Assembly (NCBI RefSeq): GCF_001194135.2
Contig: NC_068984.1
Location: forward strand, 145,418,351-145,469,962
From: Octopus bimaculoides
Taxonomy: Eukaryota
DNA length: 51,612 nucleotides
Direction of reading: 5' to 3'
The position numbers were made by a program, and so were the translations under genes. The notes beneath the pieces are model-generated. The model was not told where the DNA came from and did no database searches. It saw only the letters and a list, made by a program, of their open reading frames with translations. This document shows positions 23,783-36,585 of this stretch, in pieces; positions within the stretch are counted from its first letter, which is position 1; each line of letters opens with the position of its first letter.

Positions 23783-24108
23783 GATATTGCTGCACCTCTT
23801 ATGTGTCCATAGCTTACACTGGGCACATCTTATAGCAGTTTCTACAGATCGAGCAGGGCCATCTAGCTGAAGGGATTTGTGGTTTGTCTGCCTTCCTACT
23901 TATTAGGACTTTGGTTTTAGCAAGGTTGACTCTAAGGCCCTTCAATTCTAATCCTTGCTTCCATACCTGAAACTTCTCCTCTAGTTCTGATAGTGATTCC
24001 GCTATGAGAGCAAGGTCATCAGCATAGAGGATCTCCCAGGGGCATCCTGTCTTGAATTCCTCTGTTATTTCCTGGAGGACTATGATGAATAAGAGGGGGC
24101 TAAGGACT
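23783..24108 (-). mobile_element. RTE-clade LINE RT fragment retaining the catalytic YADD and a Cys-rich insert
   Basis: VLSPLLFIIVLQEITEEFKTGCPWEILYADDLALIAESLSELEEKFQVWKQGLELKGLRVNLAKTKVL...WPCSICR, then frameshifted IRCAQCKLWTHKRCSNI. It overlaps the 5652-6920 copy in sequence. Confidence 0.92.
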
Positions 24109-24126
24109 ATATACATNNNNNNNNNN

Positions 24127-24172
<46 letters not shown>

Positions 24173-24314
24173 CAAATAAGTGACAAGGGTATCCAGATAT
24201 CCTTACTTGCTTTTTATTCACCTTACTTCGAGCTGTGCGGACAATACTGAACTGGGTTGGTGCCTCAACTTAAGTACCTAATTCAACTGAATCTCACATC
24301 ATTTCTTTGTGTTT

Positions 24315-24480
24315 GTGTGTGATGGGCTTCTTTCAGTTTCCGTCTACCAAATCTACTCAGAAGGATTTGGTCAGCCCAAGGCTATAGTAGAAGACACTTG
24401 CCCAAGGTGCTATGCAATGAGATTGAACCTGGAACCATGTGGTTGGGAAGCAAGCTTCTTACACCACAGCCATGCCTGCA

Positions 24481-24516
<36 letters not shown>

Positions 24517-24668
24517 TTTCCACACAGTTTCTGTCTACCAAATCCACTCACAGGGCTTTGGTTGTCCAAGGGTTATAGTAGAAGACATTTGCTCAAGTTC
24601 CTACACTGGGGGATTGAACTCAAAACCAGGTGCTTGTAAAGTGAGCTTATTACCAACACAGCCATGCT
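24315..24668 (-). mobile_element. Two tandem SINE family B 5' halves separated by (TA)n
   Basis: Two head segments at about 24315-24480 and 24515-24668, in the same orientation. Confidence 0.8.
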
Positions 24669-25249
24669 TATCTCTGATACATCTACATAATGAAACTTTC
24701 CAAAATCTGCTGATGTGCCATAATGGCTTCAGCATCTCGTCTAATGCGCCATGGATGGAGGAAGAGTGAAAACATAACAGTGCAGCAGGTTGTTATCTAA
24801 GGGAGATTTGATGGCTATTTTTAGTATTTTGAACAACTGCAAGAGTGTCGGGGGGGGNNNNNNNNNNNNNNNNNNNNNNNNNNNNNNNNNNNNNNNNNNN
24901 NNNNNNNNNNNNNNNNNNNNNNNNNNNNNNNNNNNNNNNNNNNNNNNNNNNNNNNNNNNNNNNNNNNNNNNNNNNNNNNNNNNNNNNNNNNNNNNNNNNN
25001 NNNNNNNNNNNNNNNNNNNNNNNNNNNNNNNNNNNNNNNNNNNNNNNNNNNNNNNNNNNNNNNNNNNNNNNNNNNNNNNNNNNNNNNNNNNNNNNNNNNN
25101 NNNNNNNNNNNNNNNNNNNNNNNNNNNNNNNNNNNNNNNNNNNNNNNNNNNNNNNNNNNNNNNGGGGGGGGGGTAGGAATAAATAAATGAATAAACAAAT
25201 AACAGCAGCTTGCAGATGTGGAAGGTGAGAAAGGGGGAGAGGGAGTGAA

Positions 25250-25507
25250 AGAGTGAGAGAGAAAACAATGAGAGAGATGGGAGTGGAAGGGAGAGTGGTG
25301 AGTTGATATGGATGGAGTCAGTCAGACAGTGAGATAGAGAGGGTGATAGTGTATGAGAGAGAGAGTGGGAGAGAAAGAGAGACAGACAGAGAGAGACAGA
25401 AAGACAGACAGAGAGAGACAGAAAGACAGACAGAGAGAGACAGAAAGACAGAGAGAGAGAGAGATAGAGAGATAGAGAGAGACAGAGAGAGAGAGAGACA
25501 GAGAGAT

Positions 25508-25554
<47 letters not shown>

Positions 25555-25570
25555 GAGATAGAGAGAAAGG
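25250..25570. repeat. Compound (GA)n/(GACA)n/(GATA)n purine-rich microsatellite
   Basis: Read directly from the sequence. Similar purine-rich tracts lie at 34820-35250, and the complementary (CTAT)/(CTGT) type at 18190-18470. Confidence 0.95.
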
Positions 25571-26271
25571 AGATTAGAAAAGCTTATAAAAGAAACCAGA
25601 TTTGTCCGTTTTTAGAATTCTAATAGAAATGTGTTACAATAAATAACAACAGCAGCAGCAGGAACAACAAAAGCAAATTTAAAAAGAGCAACAACAATAA
25701 AACAACAACAGCCACAACAACAACAACAGCAACATCTACAATAACAATAGAACAATATGAAGAACAATAATTTTGTAAAAATAATTTAATGAGTGGCATT
25801 AATGAGTGGAAGAGCAGGTGAATTGAGGAAGGGTCCATGGTTGAGGGGGTGAAGTAAGGATGTTTGAGATAAAGGGGATTGTTTAGGGGACATTATGAGG
25901 GGAGAGGGGGACATGCAGGGGATGATATCAGGGGTGTAAAAAAATAATATAGGGTAAGATAGATATACATGAGAATAATATAGGAGGGGACACACAGAAG
26001 ATAGTACAGGGTTAGGAGGAGGGATTACAGAGGATAATATAGGGGCCACAAACAAGTAATGATATAAGGCAGATATAAGGTGGTGAGCTAACAGATTCGT
26101 TAGCACCTTGGGCAAAATGCTTAACGAGATTTCATTCATCTTTATGTCCTGAGTTCAAATCTCACTGTCAAACCATCCAACCCATGCCAGCATGAAAAAT
26201 AAACGTTAAATGATTATGTTTATGATGATGTTAATGGTGTCCCCTTTGTTAAATTCTGACAGAAATTATAA

Positions 26272-26650
26272 GCACAGGCATGGTTGTGTGGTTATGAAAT
26301 GTGTGGTTATGCAACCACTCAGTTTTAAGTTCAATCCTACAGCCTGGCACCTTGGGGCAAATGTCTTCTTCTGCCGTAGTCCCAAACCAATGTCTTGTAA
26401 GTAAATTTTATAGACAAGCTGGGTGAAAGCACATCCTATATATGTGTGTGTCTGTGTTTGCCTGTCCCCCAGCCACCTCTTGACAACCAGTGTTAGTTTG
26501 TTTACATCTCCATAACTAGGCATTGACAAAAGAGACCATAAGAATAAGTGGCTTTAAAAAAAAGACAAGGACTGGGTTGATTTGTTTGATTAAAACCCTT
26601 CAAGATGGTGCCCCAGCATGGCCACAGTTCAAGGATTGAAACTAATAAAA
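26272..26650 (+). mobile_element. SINE family B, near full length (diverged)
   Basis: Head, (TG)n linker and 3' half ending cagcatggccacagttcaaggattgaaactaataaaaga. Confidence 0.8.
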
Positions 26651-27084
26651 GATAGATTACTGGAGATGGTGAGGGCTTACACAATGAAACTCCATTAAAC
26701 CTCAACGCATCATCAATCATGTTTCTAATCCCTAACGCCGACAGAAGGTTTTACTCATATTTTTAATCATCATCATCATCATCGTCGTCATTGTTATCCG
26801 CTTTCCATGCTGGCATGGGTTGGACGGTTTGACTGAGGACTGGTGAGCCAGAAGGCTGGATCCAAGTTCCAATCTGATTTGGCAAGGTTTCTACAGCTGG
26901 ATGCCCTTCCTAACACCAACCATTCCAAGAGTGTAGTGGGTGCTTTTTACATACCACCAGCATGGGTACCAGTCAGGTGGCACTGGCATTGGTCACACTC
27001 GAATGGTGCTTTTTATGTGCTACCTGCATGGGTGCCAGTCAGGCAGTACTGGTATGGGCCATGCCAAGTGCTTAAAATATAAAT

Positions 27085-27450
27085 ACAAGCACAGATGTGG
27101 CTGTGTGGTAAGAAGTTTGCTTCCCAACCACAAGGTTCCATGATCAGTCCCACGGCATGGCAATTGTTTTCTATTATAGCATTGGGCTGACCAAAGCCTT
27201 CTGAATGAATTTGGTAGATGGAAACTGAAAGAAGCTTGCTGCGCGCATTTGTGTGTGTGTGTGTGTGTGTGTCCCACCACTGCTTGACAAGTGTTGGTTT
27301 GTTTACATCCCCATAACTTAGTAGTTCAGTAAAAGAGTCTGACAGAATAAGTACCAAGCTTAAAAAAAAAAGGGGGTTCTCATTCAACTAAAAACTCAAG
27401 GCAGTGCTCCAGCATGGCCGCAGTCTAATGACTGAAACAAGTAAAAGATA
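27085..27450 (+). mobile_element. SINE family B, near full length
   Basis: Head tggctgtgtggtaagaagtttgcttcccaacc through the tail gcatggccgcagtctaatgactgaaacaagtaaaaga. Confidence 0.85.
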
Positions 27451-27692
27451 AATGATATGGTTGAAATATTTTTATTTTCACAAAAAAATCACAAAGGTTC
27501 TCTGAACATCCACTGCTCCCTATAAGTATCCCTTGAAATGTTTCTGATTAACATTTGTGAGCACACAAAGGGTACATACAGCCCCACACTATGGCTTAAG
27601 TCAACAACCACTGCATTAAATAGTTTGTGTGTTTTTATAAGGTACTAAAAGTGTTATTGTTGAGTGGTCCCGAGGCCAGTCACTGATTAAAA

Positions 27693-27993
27693 CAGTGCTT
27701 CTCGTCCATTCTTTAACTAAGGACTGCTTTGATTCCTATTTCCCTCAAGAGGTGAAGGTGACCTTCATATTCATTTGATGTCTAAAAACTCTTATCATAT
27801 TTTTATGATTAAATATTAGAAATTGTATAAAAACAGTTGTCTGAATATTTTGCATATTGAACCAGTTTATTGCAAACCCATGCCAGCATGGAAAGTGGAC
27901 GTTAAAGAAAGATGAAGTTTTTTAACAACAAAATCTTATATGGACCCCTTCCCCTTTCCAAGAGCCATATGGACCACCGGTTGAGAAACTCTG
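27693..27993. mobile_element. hAT-type MITE with 8-bp TSD
   Basis: Ends cagtgcttctc...gagaaactctg are imperfect TIRs of the CAGTGGTTCTC class. Flanks gattaaaa (27685-27692) and gattaaac (27994-28001) give a 7/8 match, and 8-bp TSDs are characteristic of hAT. Confidence 0.7.
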
Positions 27994-30452
27994 GATTAAA
28001 CAGACCCAGGAAGTGAAGGGTTAATAGAATAAACAAAGGAAACAGTTCTGAAAATAACAAAACAAACTTCAAAAGTGGATCGGGAAGAAAAAAAAAAACG
28101 AGAAAAACTAATTACTCGCTGAATCCAAAATAATGGAGTCAACAGTTTACATTAATATTAGAAATTAAACAAAATGAAAAACCAAATGCACAAAAAAAAA
28201 AAAAGAAAATGATGTGTCCTTTGTTCTGTTTTCTGTGAGGTTTCACAAACATCAGATAAAAATTATAAATCATTTTATCGAAAAGATCACAAAAAAATAT
28301 TTAATTAAATGACATCTGTAAATAGAAATTAACTCGTTCAAGATTTGTTAATAACATTATAATGAAGAGGGTGGTGAATCGGCAGAATTGTTAACACGCC
28401 GGGCAAAACGCTTTGAGGCGTTCCAGCCGTCTTTACGTTCTGAGTTCAGATTCTGCAGTGGTTAACTTTTACTTTCCATCCTTTCAGGGTCGATAAAATA
28501 AGTACCAGTTGAGCCTGTAACAGACAAACACACACACATAAAATTTTTCTTTATATTTGTGTGTGTTTGTGTCTGACCCCCACCACCACTTGACAACTTG
28601 TGTTAGTTTGTTTATGTCCTCATGAACTGGCAGTTTAACAAAAGTGGTCGATGGAATAAGTACCAGACTAAACCTTTCAAGGCTGTGCTCCAGAATGGCC
28701 ACAGTCTAATGACTGAAACAAGTAAAAGATAAAAAATGAAAAAAAAAGTTTTAAAAAGTGCTGATGGCCATGGCTGGAATATTTTTGATTATAAATGTGC
28801 TAAGTGTATGTTGACTCGGGCCTAAGCAACATCAAATGTGTTACTCGCAGCGTTGGTCACATCACTATATTTACCTCAGTTTGTCTGTCTGGCGAATGGT
28901 TCCACCCCTGTTCCATAATTGAGTCATGAGTAGTGAAAAGGAGCTCCAGCTGTGAAAACATTTGCCCCCCCATTAAAAAAAAAAACCCATCCCACTCACA
29001 CTAACACACAAAACAAACACACACACACACATACACACACAAACAAACAAAAACATACACANNNNNNNNNNNNNNNNNNNNNNNNNNNNNNNNNNNNNNN
29101 NNNNNNNNNNNNNNNNNNNNNNNNNNNNNNNNNNNNNNNNNNNNNNNNNNNNNNNNNNNNNNNNNNNNNNNNNNNNNNNNNNNNNNNNNNNNNNNNNNNN
29201 NNNNNNNNNNNNNNNNNNNNNNNNNNNNNNNNNNNNNNNNNNNNNNNNNNNNNNNNNNNNNNNNNNNNNNNNNNNNNNNNNNNNNNNNNNNNNNNNNNNN
29301 NNNNNNNNNNNNNNNNNNNNNNNNNNNNNNNNNNNNNNNNNNNNNNNNNNNNNNNNNNNNNNNNNNNNNNNNNNNNNNNNNNNNNCACCACCCACGCTAT
29401 TTTTTTTCTTTTTCCGGTTTGTTTTGTTTCTTAAAGTTCACTTCAATAAAGTCGTTGAACCCGGTTTAAAATAATTTATAATTTTATTCATCAGAGTTTT
29501 AGTTCTTATGTCTTTAGTGCCAACGCCTATTCTACAACATAGATATGGGCATGGCAGTGCAGTTAGGGAGCACGCTTCCCAACCATGTTGTCTTTGGTTC
29601 AGTCCCACTGCACAGCACCTTGGGCAAGCATCTTCTACTATAGCCCCAAGCCAACCAAAGCCTTGTGAGTAGGTTTCCCTCCTCCAACCAATTGACAACC
29701 TATGTTGGTTTGTTTATGTCCCCATGACTTAGTGGTTCAGTAAAAGGGATCAACAGAATAAGTACTAGGTTTTCAAGGTGGGACTCCAGCATGGCCACAA
29801 TCTGATGACTAACAAGTAGAAGCTAAAAGATCCTAACAAGCTAATGGCTTTTTTTTGGCAGAATCATTCGACGGCCAGATAGAATGCCTCATGGTATTTG
29901 TCCCAACACTCAGTACTTGGGGTTCAAATCCTGCCAACGTCAACCTTGCCTGTCGGTGTTGGTTTGTTTATGTCTTCATAACTTATTGGTTTGGCAAAAG
30001 ATATGATAGACTAAGTATCAAACTAAAAAAAAATTTAAATAAACAAAAAAAAACACAAGAACTGGGGTCACTTAGCTCCAGCATGGCTGCAGTCCAATGA
30101 CTAAAACAAGTTGAAAGTAAAAGTATTACCAATAAAACATGTAATCAACAAGCATCATCATCATCATCATCATCATTATCATCATCCAACATCCGTTTTC
30201 CATGCTGGCATGGGTTGGACAGCTTGACAGGAGCTGGCAGGGCCTGAAGCCACACCAGGTCCCATTGTCTGTTTTGGCTTCGTTTCTATGGTTGGATGCC
30301 TTTCCTAACACCAACCACTTTATAGGAGGTACAAAGGGTGCTTTTTTGCGGTACTGGCACCAGAATGGAGACACTATCTTATAAATCAGACCTACTCACA
30401 GAAACAGTACTGACTGCATTTTTTTTTATAAACGTCTCTCAAAGAATAGTTG

Positions 30453-30486
<34 letters not shown>

Positions 30487-33400
30487 CACAAAAATGATGT
30501 AGTAATTGCCAATAAATACAGTTCTTAAACTGATCTGAAAGCTCTGTGAGTAAAATAGATGCATGGTACGAAATTCTATATAAAATCCTATCTAGCCATT
30601 AGAAGGTGTCAGTGGCTATGGTAATTAAGTAGTAGCAAACCTATCAATATCAGAATGGTAAATTCTAGAGAGAACCATTCTTCTTCTGAGAACATTTCTT
30701 CATATTTAAAAGAAAACAATTATAAATTACAATGTCAGAGAATAAAAATGATAAATAATTCTTAGATCTTGGACTGTTCCAAAAAATCTCAGTCTATCAT
30801 TTGTGCATTCTTTGAGAATAGTTTTGAATTCTAATAAATGCAACCCACAAAACTGGATTTCTCGGCATCTTTTAATTATTTTCTTTCTTCAAAGAAATTT
30901 TTTTGGAATATTCTTGGGGTAAGTTTTTTTAATTATATCCAATATTTGCTATCATTTTGCATAGCCTCATTCTGTACTCAAACGAGGTAATAGGCACCTG
31001 CCAAAATACCATATTAAAGAATTTTTTCTCTCCATCTTCCTTGTCACTGTTGTAACTATTTCACTCTCTTCACATCCATTTCCTTCATAATTCACAGAGT
31101 GTGAAGAAAAGATCTAAAATGATGAATTTGTAACATAAGTGCAGGGTTAGCATTTGCGGTTAAACCAGCACAGACATGGCTATGTGGTGGCAATACGTAT
31201 AGGTAAGGTGATGTCATCAAAAAGTTCACTTTGTAGTCCCAGAGTCTCGGGTTCAGTCCTACTAGGCCGCACACGGGGTCAGTGTCTTTTGCTATAACTT
31301 CATGCCATAAACTGTGCAGATGCTTATCATACATGTATGTATGTGTGTGTGTATGTATATGTGTATGTATGTATGTATGTATGTATGTATGTATGTATGT
31401 ATGTATGTATGGGTGTGTATGTATGTGTGTATGTAAGCTTGTATGTACATTTGTACATATCTTCATAATGGTCCCAGGTATGACATTAAACTGCATCAGG
31501 TGATGAGTCTTGAGTTCGGAAGCTGTGGGGAGTGTGGAGTTGCCCCTTAACGACCATTACTCTCAGATCCGTTCTGACCCGAAACAGTAGTACCTACCAG
31601 GGTCCTGCCAATGGGCTAAATAGATTTTCCAAGGGCCAGAGGAGACTCCTGTTACATTTGGCAAAGTCGTGAGGACGGCAGCTCTTTTAGAAGAAAGATA
31701 CTCTGGCATAAAACTTGCGGTCATCTTGCAATGCTGGTCAGTGGAACCTAGTATGGTGACCGAGAGAGTGGCAAAAGTGTTGTTGACCAAGCTTTTGCCA
31801 CTTCAATCCAATGACCTATGGGTGCCGGACTATCATTTCGTTTTATGAAGTCCAGTGGTGATGGATCTGTGCACATGAAAGGATGGAATTAAATCAGGGA
31901 CGATCGGGTTGAATGTGAGACGGCAATCACCTGACAAGATGAGGCAATCATGCATGCATGCTTGTATGTACAAATGTATGAATGCATGCATGTCTGGCCA
32001 GATAGGATCTTATATCAAATTCCTTAACAGACCATACCATACACCTGTTTTACTCACACACATTTCAGATCAGTTTAAGAACTGCGTATTAGCAATTGGT
32101 AGATAATTTTTGTAAAGTGTGTGTGTGTGTGTGTGCACACACATGCATGCATGCTTGCATGTGTGTGTGTGATTGTGTCTGAGTGCTTGATGGTGTTGGT
32201 TTATTTCCATCCCCAAATCTTGGCAGTGTGGCAACAAAGAGGCTGAAAGAACAAGTACCTGACTTTAAAAAATAAGTACCGAGGGGAGAATCAATTTGCT
32301 TAACGAGACTCCTTCAAGGCAATGACAAAAACAAGTAATAAAATTTTTAAAAAGCACCACAAATATGGAGGGGAAGAGTTGATTGGCTCAACCTCAATAC
32401 ATAACTGGTACTTTATTTTTAAAACCTCAGATCTAAATTATTACTACCATACCAGGGGTTTCTTATTGTAGCAGAAACCACTGTAAAAGACTCGTACCTT
32501 ATTTTTACACCCTTGACTACGTCGAAATTAATATTACCATACTTGTAATTTTATATATTTACCAGAAGCCATGGTACAGGCATTCTTGTCTTCTCTTCTC
32601 AAAAATTTTCTTTGTATTTTCAATGTTAGAAAAATGTCTTCTTTCAATCTTGAAAAACATCTTCTAGTCTCACAAGCAACAATCCCAGATCCCTAAAACT
32701 CTTATTGTGTGGATAATTTGAAGAAATAATCGAAGGATTTGATATAGACACAAAATAATGAAGTAACTGTACACTTCGGTTTTTGTAGTTTACTGAGAGA
32801 AAAAGTGTTGTAGTTCGTATCTAGTTTTACATATTGGCATATCAGATTTTTAACATGTGGGAAAATATGGCAGCCTTTGCTATGGAGCAAACAATGGTTT
32901 ATTATAAATTAGAGTTCTTGGTAAGTTTATGTTATAATTTAATTATACACACACACACACACACACTGATGGCATTTAGAAAGGGAGAAATAGAGTGTTT
33001 CTCATACACACACACATGCGCATGCATACACATACATGCACATATACACATACAAACACCCAACAGAAACAATGAACCAATATTCATTGTGCATTCTTCA
33101 GCACATGAACAATAAACATTGCAAATGTACATGTGTGTGTGTGTGTGTGTGTGCATACGTTTGCACACACACACACCATACACACACACATTGAAGTAAG
33201 AAGCATCAAGAATCTTGAGAAGCGTCTGCTTGACCTGAGGGTAGCCATTCCAGCCTACTTGACAAGAGACTGACACATCAAACATAGACAGACAGATGTA
33301 TCGGTGGTGGTGGGGGGGGGGCGAATTAGTGGAAACAGTGATAAGACATATTACATCCCAGCCAGAGGGATTCCTCTTTGTCATTCAGAATCAAGTGTCA

Positions 33401-33494
33401 GCTACTCAATACAAGATAAGGAACAAAGATAAGGATAAGACCAAAGCTACTAGAATCAGAAACCAAATTACCATCATCATCATCATCTAACGTC

Positions 33495-33855
33495 TCTACA
33501 TCCTGGGTTCAAATTCCACCAAGGTGGACTTGGCCTTTCATCCTTTAGAAGCTAATGAAATAAGTATTGGTCATGTACTGAGGTTAATGGATTGGGCCCC
33601 TTCCCTGCAAATTCCAGACCTTGTGCCTGGAGTAGAAAGAATTGTTATTACAGGTGGAAAGCTCGCAGAATCCTTAGCAGACTGGACAAGATGCTTAGCA
33701 GCATTTCGTCTGTCTTTACGCTCTGAGCTCAAACATCAACTTTGACTTTCATCTTCTCAGGGTTCGACAAAATAAGTACCAGTTGAATACTGGGGTTGAT
33801 GTAATCGACTTATCCTCTCTTTTGAAATTGCTGGCCTTGTGCCAAAATTTGATAT
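33495..33855 (+). mobile_element. Two tandem SINE family D copies
   Basis: The motif gttcaaattccaccaaggtggacttggcctttcatcc...aataagta is repeated from 33655 with a fuller head. Confidence 0.75.
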
Positions 33856-35934
33856 TATTATTACTATTACTATTATTATTATTGAGTGAGAGAACAGTGT
33901 ATGCCATCAAAGTGACATTGGGGTACAAATATACGAAGCCCAATATACCCATCATGACTACCCGTCTGATAAGGGTACACCAGGCACATGCATCGCAACC
34001 ATATGTGCACGACATGGAGATCTCATATCAAGATAAACAGCGCATGACCTCACAGGTGGGGCCCAGTTAGAATTTTTTTCAGGTCGAGTAGCCTATCTTG
34101 TTCAAAAGGTCCCTGAATAAGGTTTGTTTAAGGGACAGGCTCAACTGGTTAAGGTCAAGTAACTGACAAGCAAATCTGTGGTATTGAGCAGAATATTTGC
34201 TGTCAATTTGTTTTTGTAATGTTATCTTTTATATTGCCCTTGTGGCAAACAAAATAAATCATTATCAAGTCTCTTGATGAGTTTGTTGATTAAACTGCAT
34301 CCATATTATTATTCAAATGATGAGACCTATAAAAATTCACTGCTCGGTAGTTCTACATAAACTTACTGGAAGTAATTGGAACTCATTAACGAACTATCTA
34401 GACATCAGTAATTAACAGAAACCTAAATAGAAGCAATTTAATTGAAACAAAACTACAAATAAAAATAAACAAAAACTTAGATTTTCTCTCCACGCTTTTA
34501 CAGAAGTCAAACTTAACAACTGAACTGTAACGAAATAAATGATGTAGGGAAGGTAATTAAAGTTAGCCTAACGAGGCAGATGACTGCGAAGTTTGTGGGT
34601 TTGGCACAATAAATAAGAGAGGTAAAAGATGAAATTGCAATATTTACGGAATCGAATCAATATTTACAATATTCTGCTGAATTAGCGAAAAGATTAGATC
34701 AATATTTATGGCAAGCAGAAGCTGAGAAGATGAAGAAGAAGAACAACAACAAATAGTTCTAGTCTCAGACAATTACAGTTGGAATCTAAGACGAGAAAGG
34801 GAACTGACTGTGTTTGTCTTGGAGATGACTGAGAGAGAGTGGAGAGAACGAGAAGGGAGAGGGGGGAGGGGAGAGAAAGGAGAAATGGTGAGAGATAGTG
34901 GGAGAGGGGTGTGGGGAAGTGAGAATAATAAAGGAAAGAGAAATTGTGGGAGTGTAAAAAAAATTAGGAAAATGGGGGGGGGGGAGAAGAGACTGCGTGA
35001 GGGGGAAGAGGAATGGTGGGAGAGTAGGTAGGGAAGGAGAGAGAAAGGTGTTGAGGAAGAGGATGAAGAAAAGAATAAGAAAGAGAGAGAGAGAGAGATG
35101 GAGAATAAAACATGAAAGCGAAAAGGAAGAAGTGATAGAGAGAAAGAGCAGAGTGGAGAAAAAGAGAGAGAGAGAGAGAGAGTGCAAGAATAAATGAAAA
35201 ATGGATAGAAAGAGAGTAAGAGTGGGAGGTGTAGAGAAGAGTAAATCTGTTATGAGACGGAGATAATTTTGGTTTTACTTTTATAAGAACAAGTGAGACA
35301 CGAAAAGAGGAAGCAAGACAAAAACTCTGGTAAATATCTTCAGAAAGAGCTTTTTCCTACCAAACTTCTGTCATATTTCTCCATTTGGTGCCATTGATTT
35401 CAAAAGATTTCTTGGAGAATTAAAGAATTACAGAACAAAGCTACAAGTAAGTAATGGTAGATGACAGAAATGGTAGAGTGGTGGTGGTGGCGGTGGCGGT
35501 GAATAAAATGCTTTCTGGTGTTTCACTCGGTTCATTTATATTCAGGAGTTCAAACTTCACCAGGTCTGATTCTTAACTTTCATCTTTCCAGGGTCAAATA
35601 AGATAAGGACCAGCCAAGCACTGATGTCGGACACATACACAATAGTCCACATCATTATCATTTTCGCCATATTTTTTTCCATACTTGTGTAAGTGAGATG
35701 AAATTTGTTGGATTTTCCATAGTCGGATGCTTTTCCTGTCACCAACACTCATCTGTTTCCAAAAAAGGTAACTCTAATTTAACTAATCCACAATAAGACT
35801 CTTTTCTCAATGAGAGAAGATCACTCCCTTATCCACTTATCATCACAATAAACAATTAAACACATGTGTAAAGGATTATTTAAACCGAAAATAAGATTCA
35901 GTCCCACATATTGGCAATAGGACTCACTGAAGAC

Positions 35935-36585
35935 AGTCGTATCAGGACAATTACCCCAATGACAACTACCCCCTAAGACAATAACCCCTCCTGGTTAATT
36001 ACTCCATCTCTAATATATTAAGTTTTAAATCATCATCTAAAAGTGCAAATTGCACACCATTCCTTGCAAACATTGTATGACATTTGTGTTTTCATAATTG
36101 CTAACTACAGCATTAATACAGGCTGAAACATCTGAATATTTCTTTCTTGATGGCCATTTAGCAAAACCCGTCAAGGATAGAGTCATAAGTACTCGTTGTA
36201 ATGCTTCTTCTCTTTTGATATATTTTAAAAACTTCCAAATGTTTGGGTGGCAACAACCAGCATTTGATTAAAAAAAGAAAAAAACTCCTGTGCCACCCTT
36301 CCACAGCATCGTTTGTTCTTGGAAGTTCATCCAACGTTCTGTTGTACGTATTCCTTAGATCCATTCCAAACACTGGTTCTCACCATCTTCCTCTTCAACA
36401 TGGTCGTTCTAAGTGCGTATCCTCAAAGTAATCTTAGTAAAAAATAGCAGCTTATACACCGGAAAATATGGTACACATTGGGGGTTAACTGTTTAGGGGT
36501 AATTGTCCTTGGAAGTTGTTGTCCTCAGGGGGAATAATTGTCCTTGGGGGGTTATTGTCCATGGAGGGGTAAATGTCCTACACTC
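35935..36585 (-). mobile_element. Internally deleted Mutator-like (MULE) DNA transposon with terminal inverted repeat arrays
   Basis: Transposase C-terminal remnant DYFEDTHL...RNTYNRTLDELPRTNDAVEGWHRSF / GCCHPNIWKFLKYIKREEALQR...RKKYSD...LQGMVCNLHF*, frameshifted in an A-run. The PRTNNxxEGWH and HPNIWKF motifs are typical of MULEs. Both ends carry inverted copies of the GGACAATTACCCC motif (35945-35990 and 36496-36580). No TSD was found. Confidence 0.85.

Noticed and set aside
32538-32695. Minus-strand GKYIKLQVW followed by a phase-2 GT, resembling a Rab exon or the missing COLGALT exon
   Set aside because: The upstream frame has neither Rab G1/effector motifs nor COLGALT N-terminal motifs, and no DTAGQE exon was found downstream.
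35344-35445. Plus-strand open frame ending in a perfect gtaagt donor
   Set aside because: Weak acceptor, unrecognised peptide and no partner exons.
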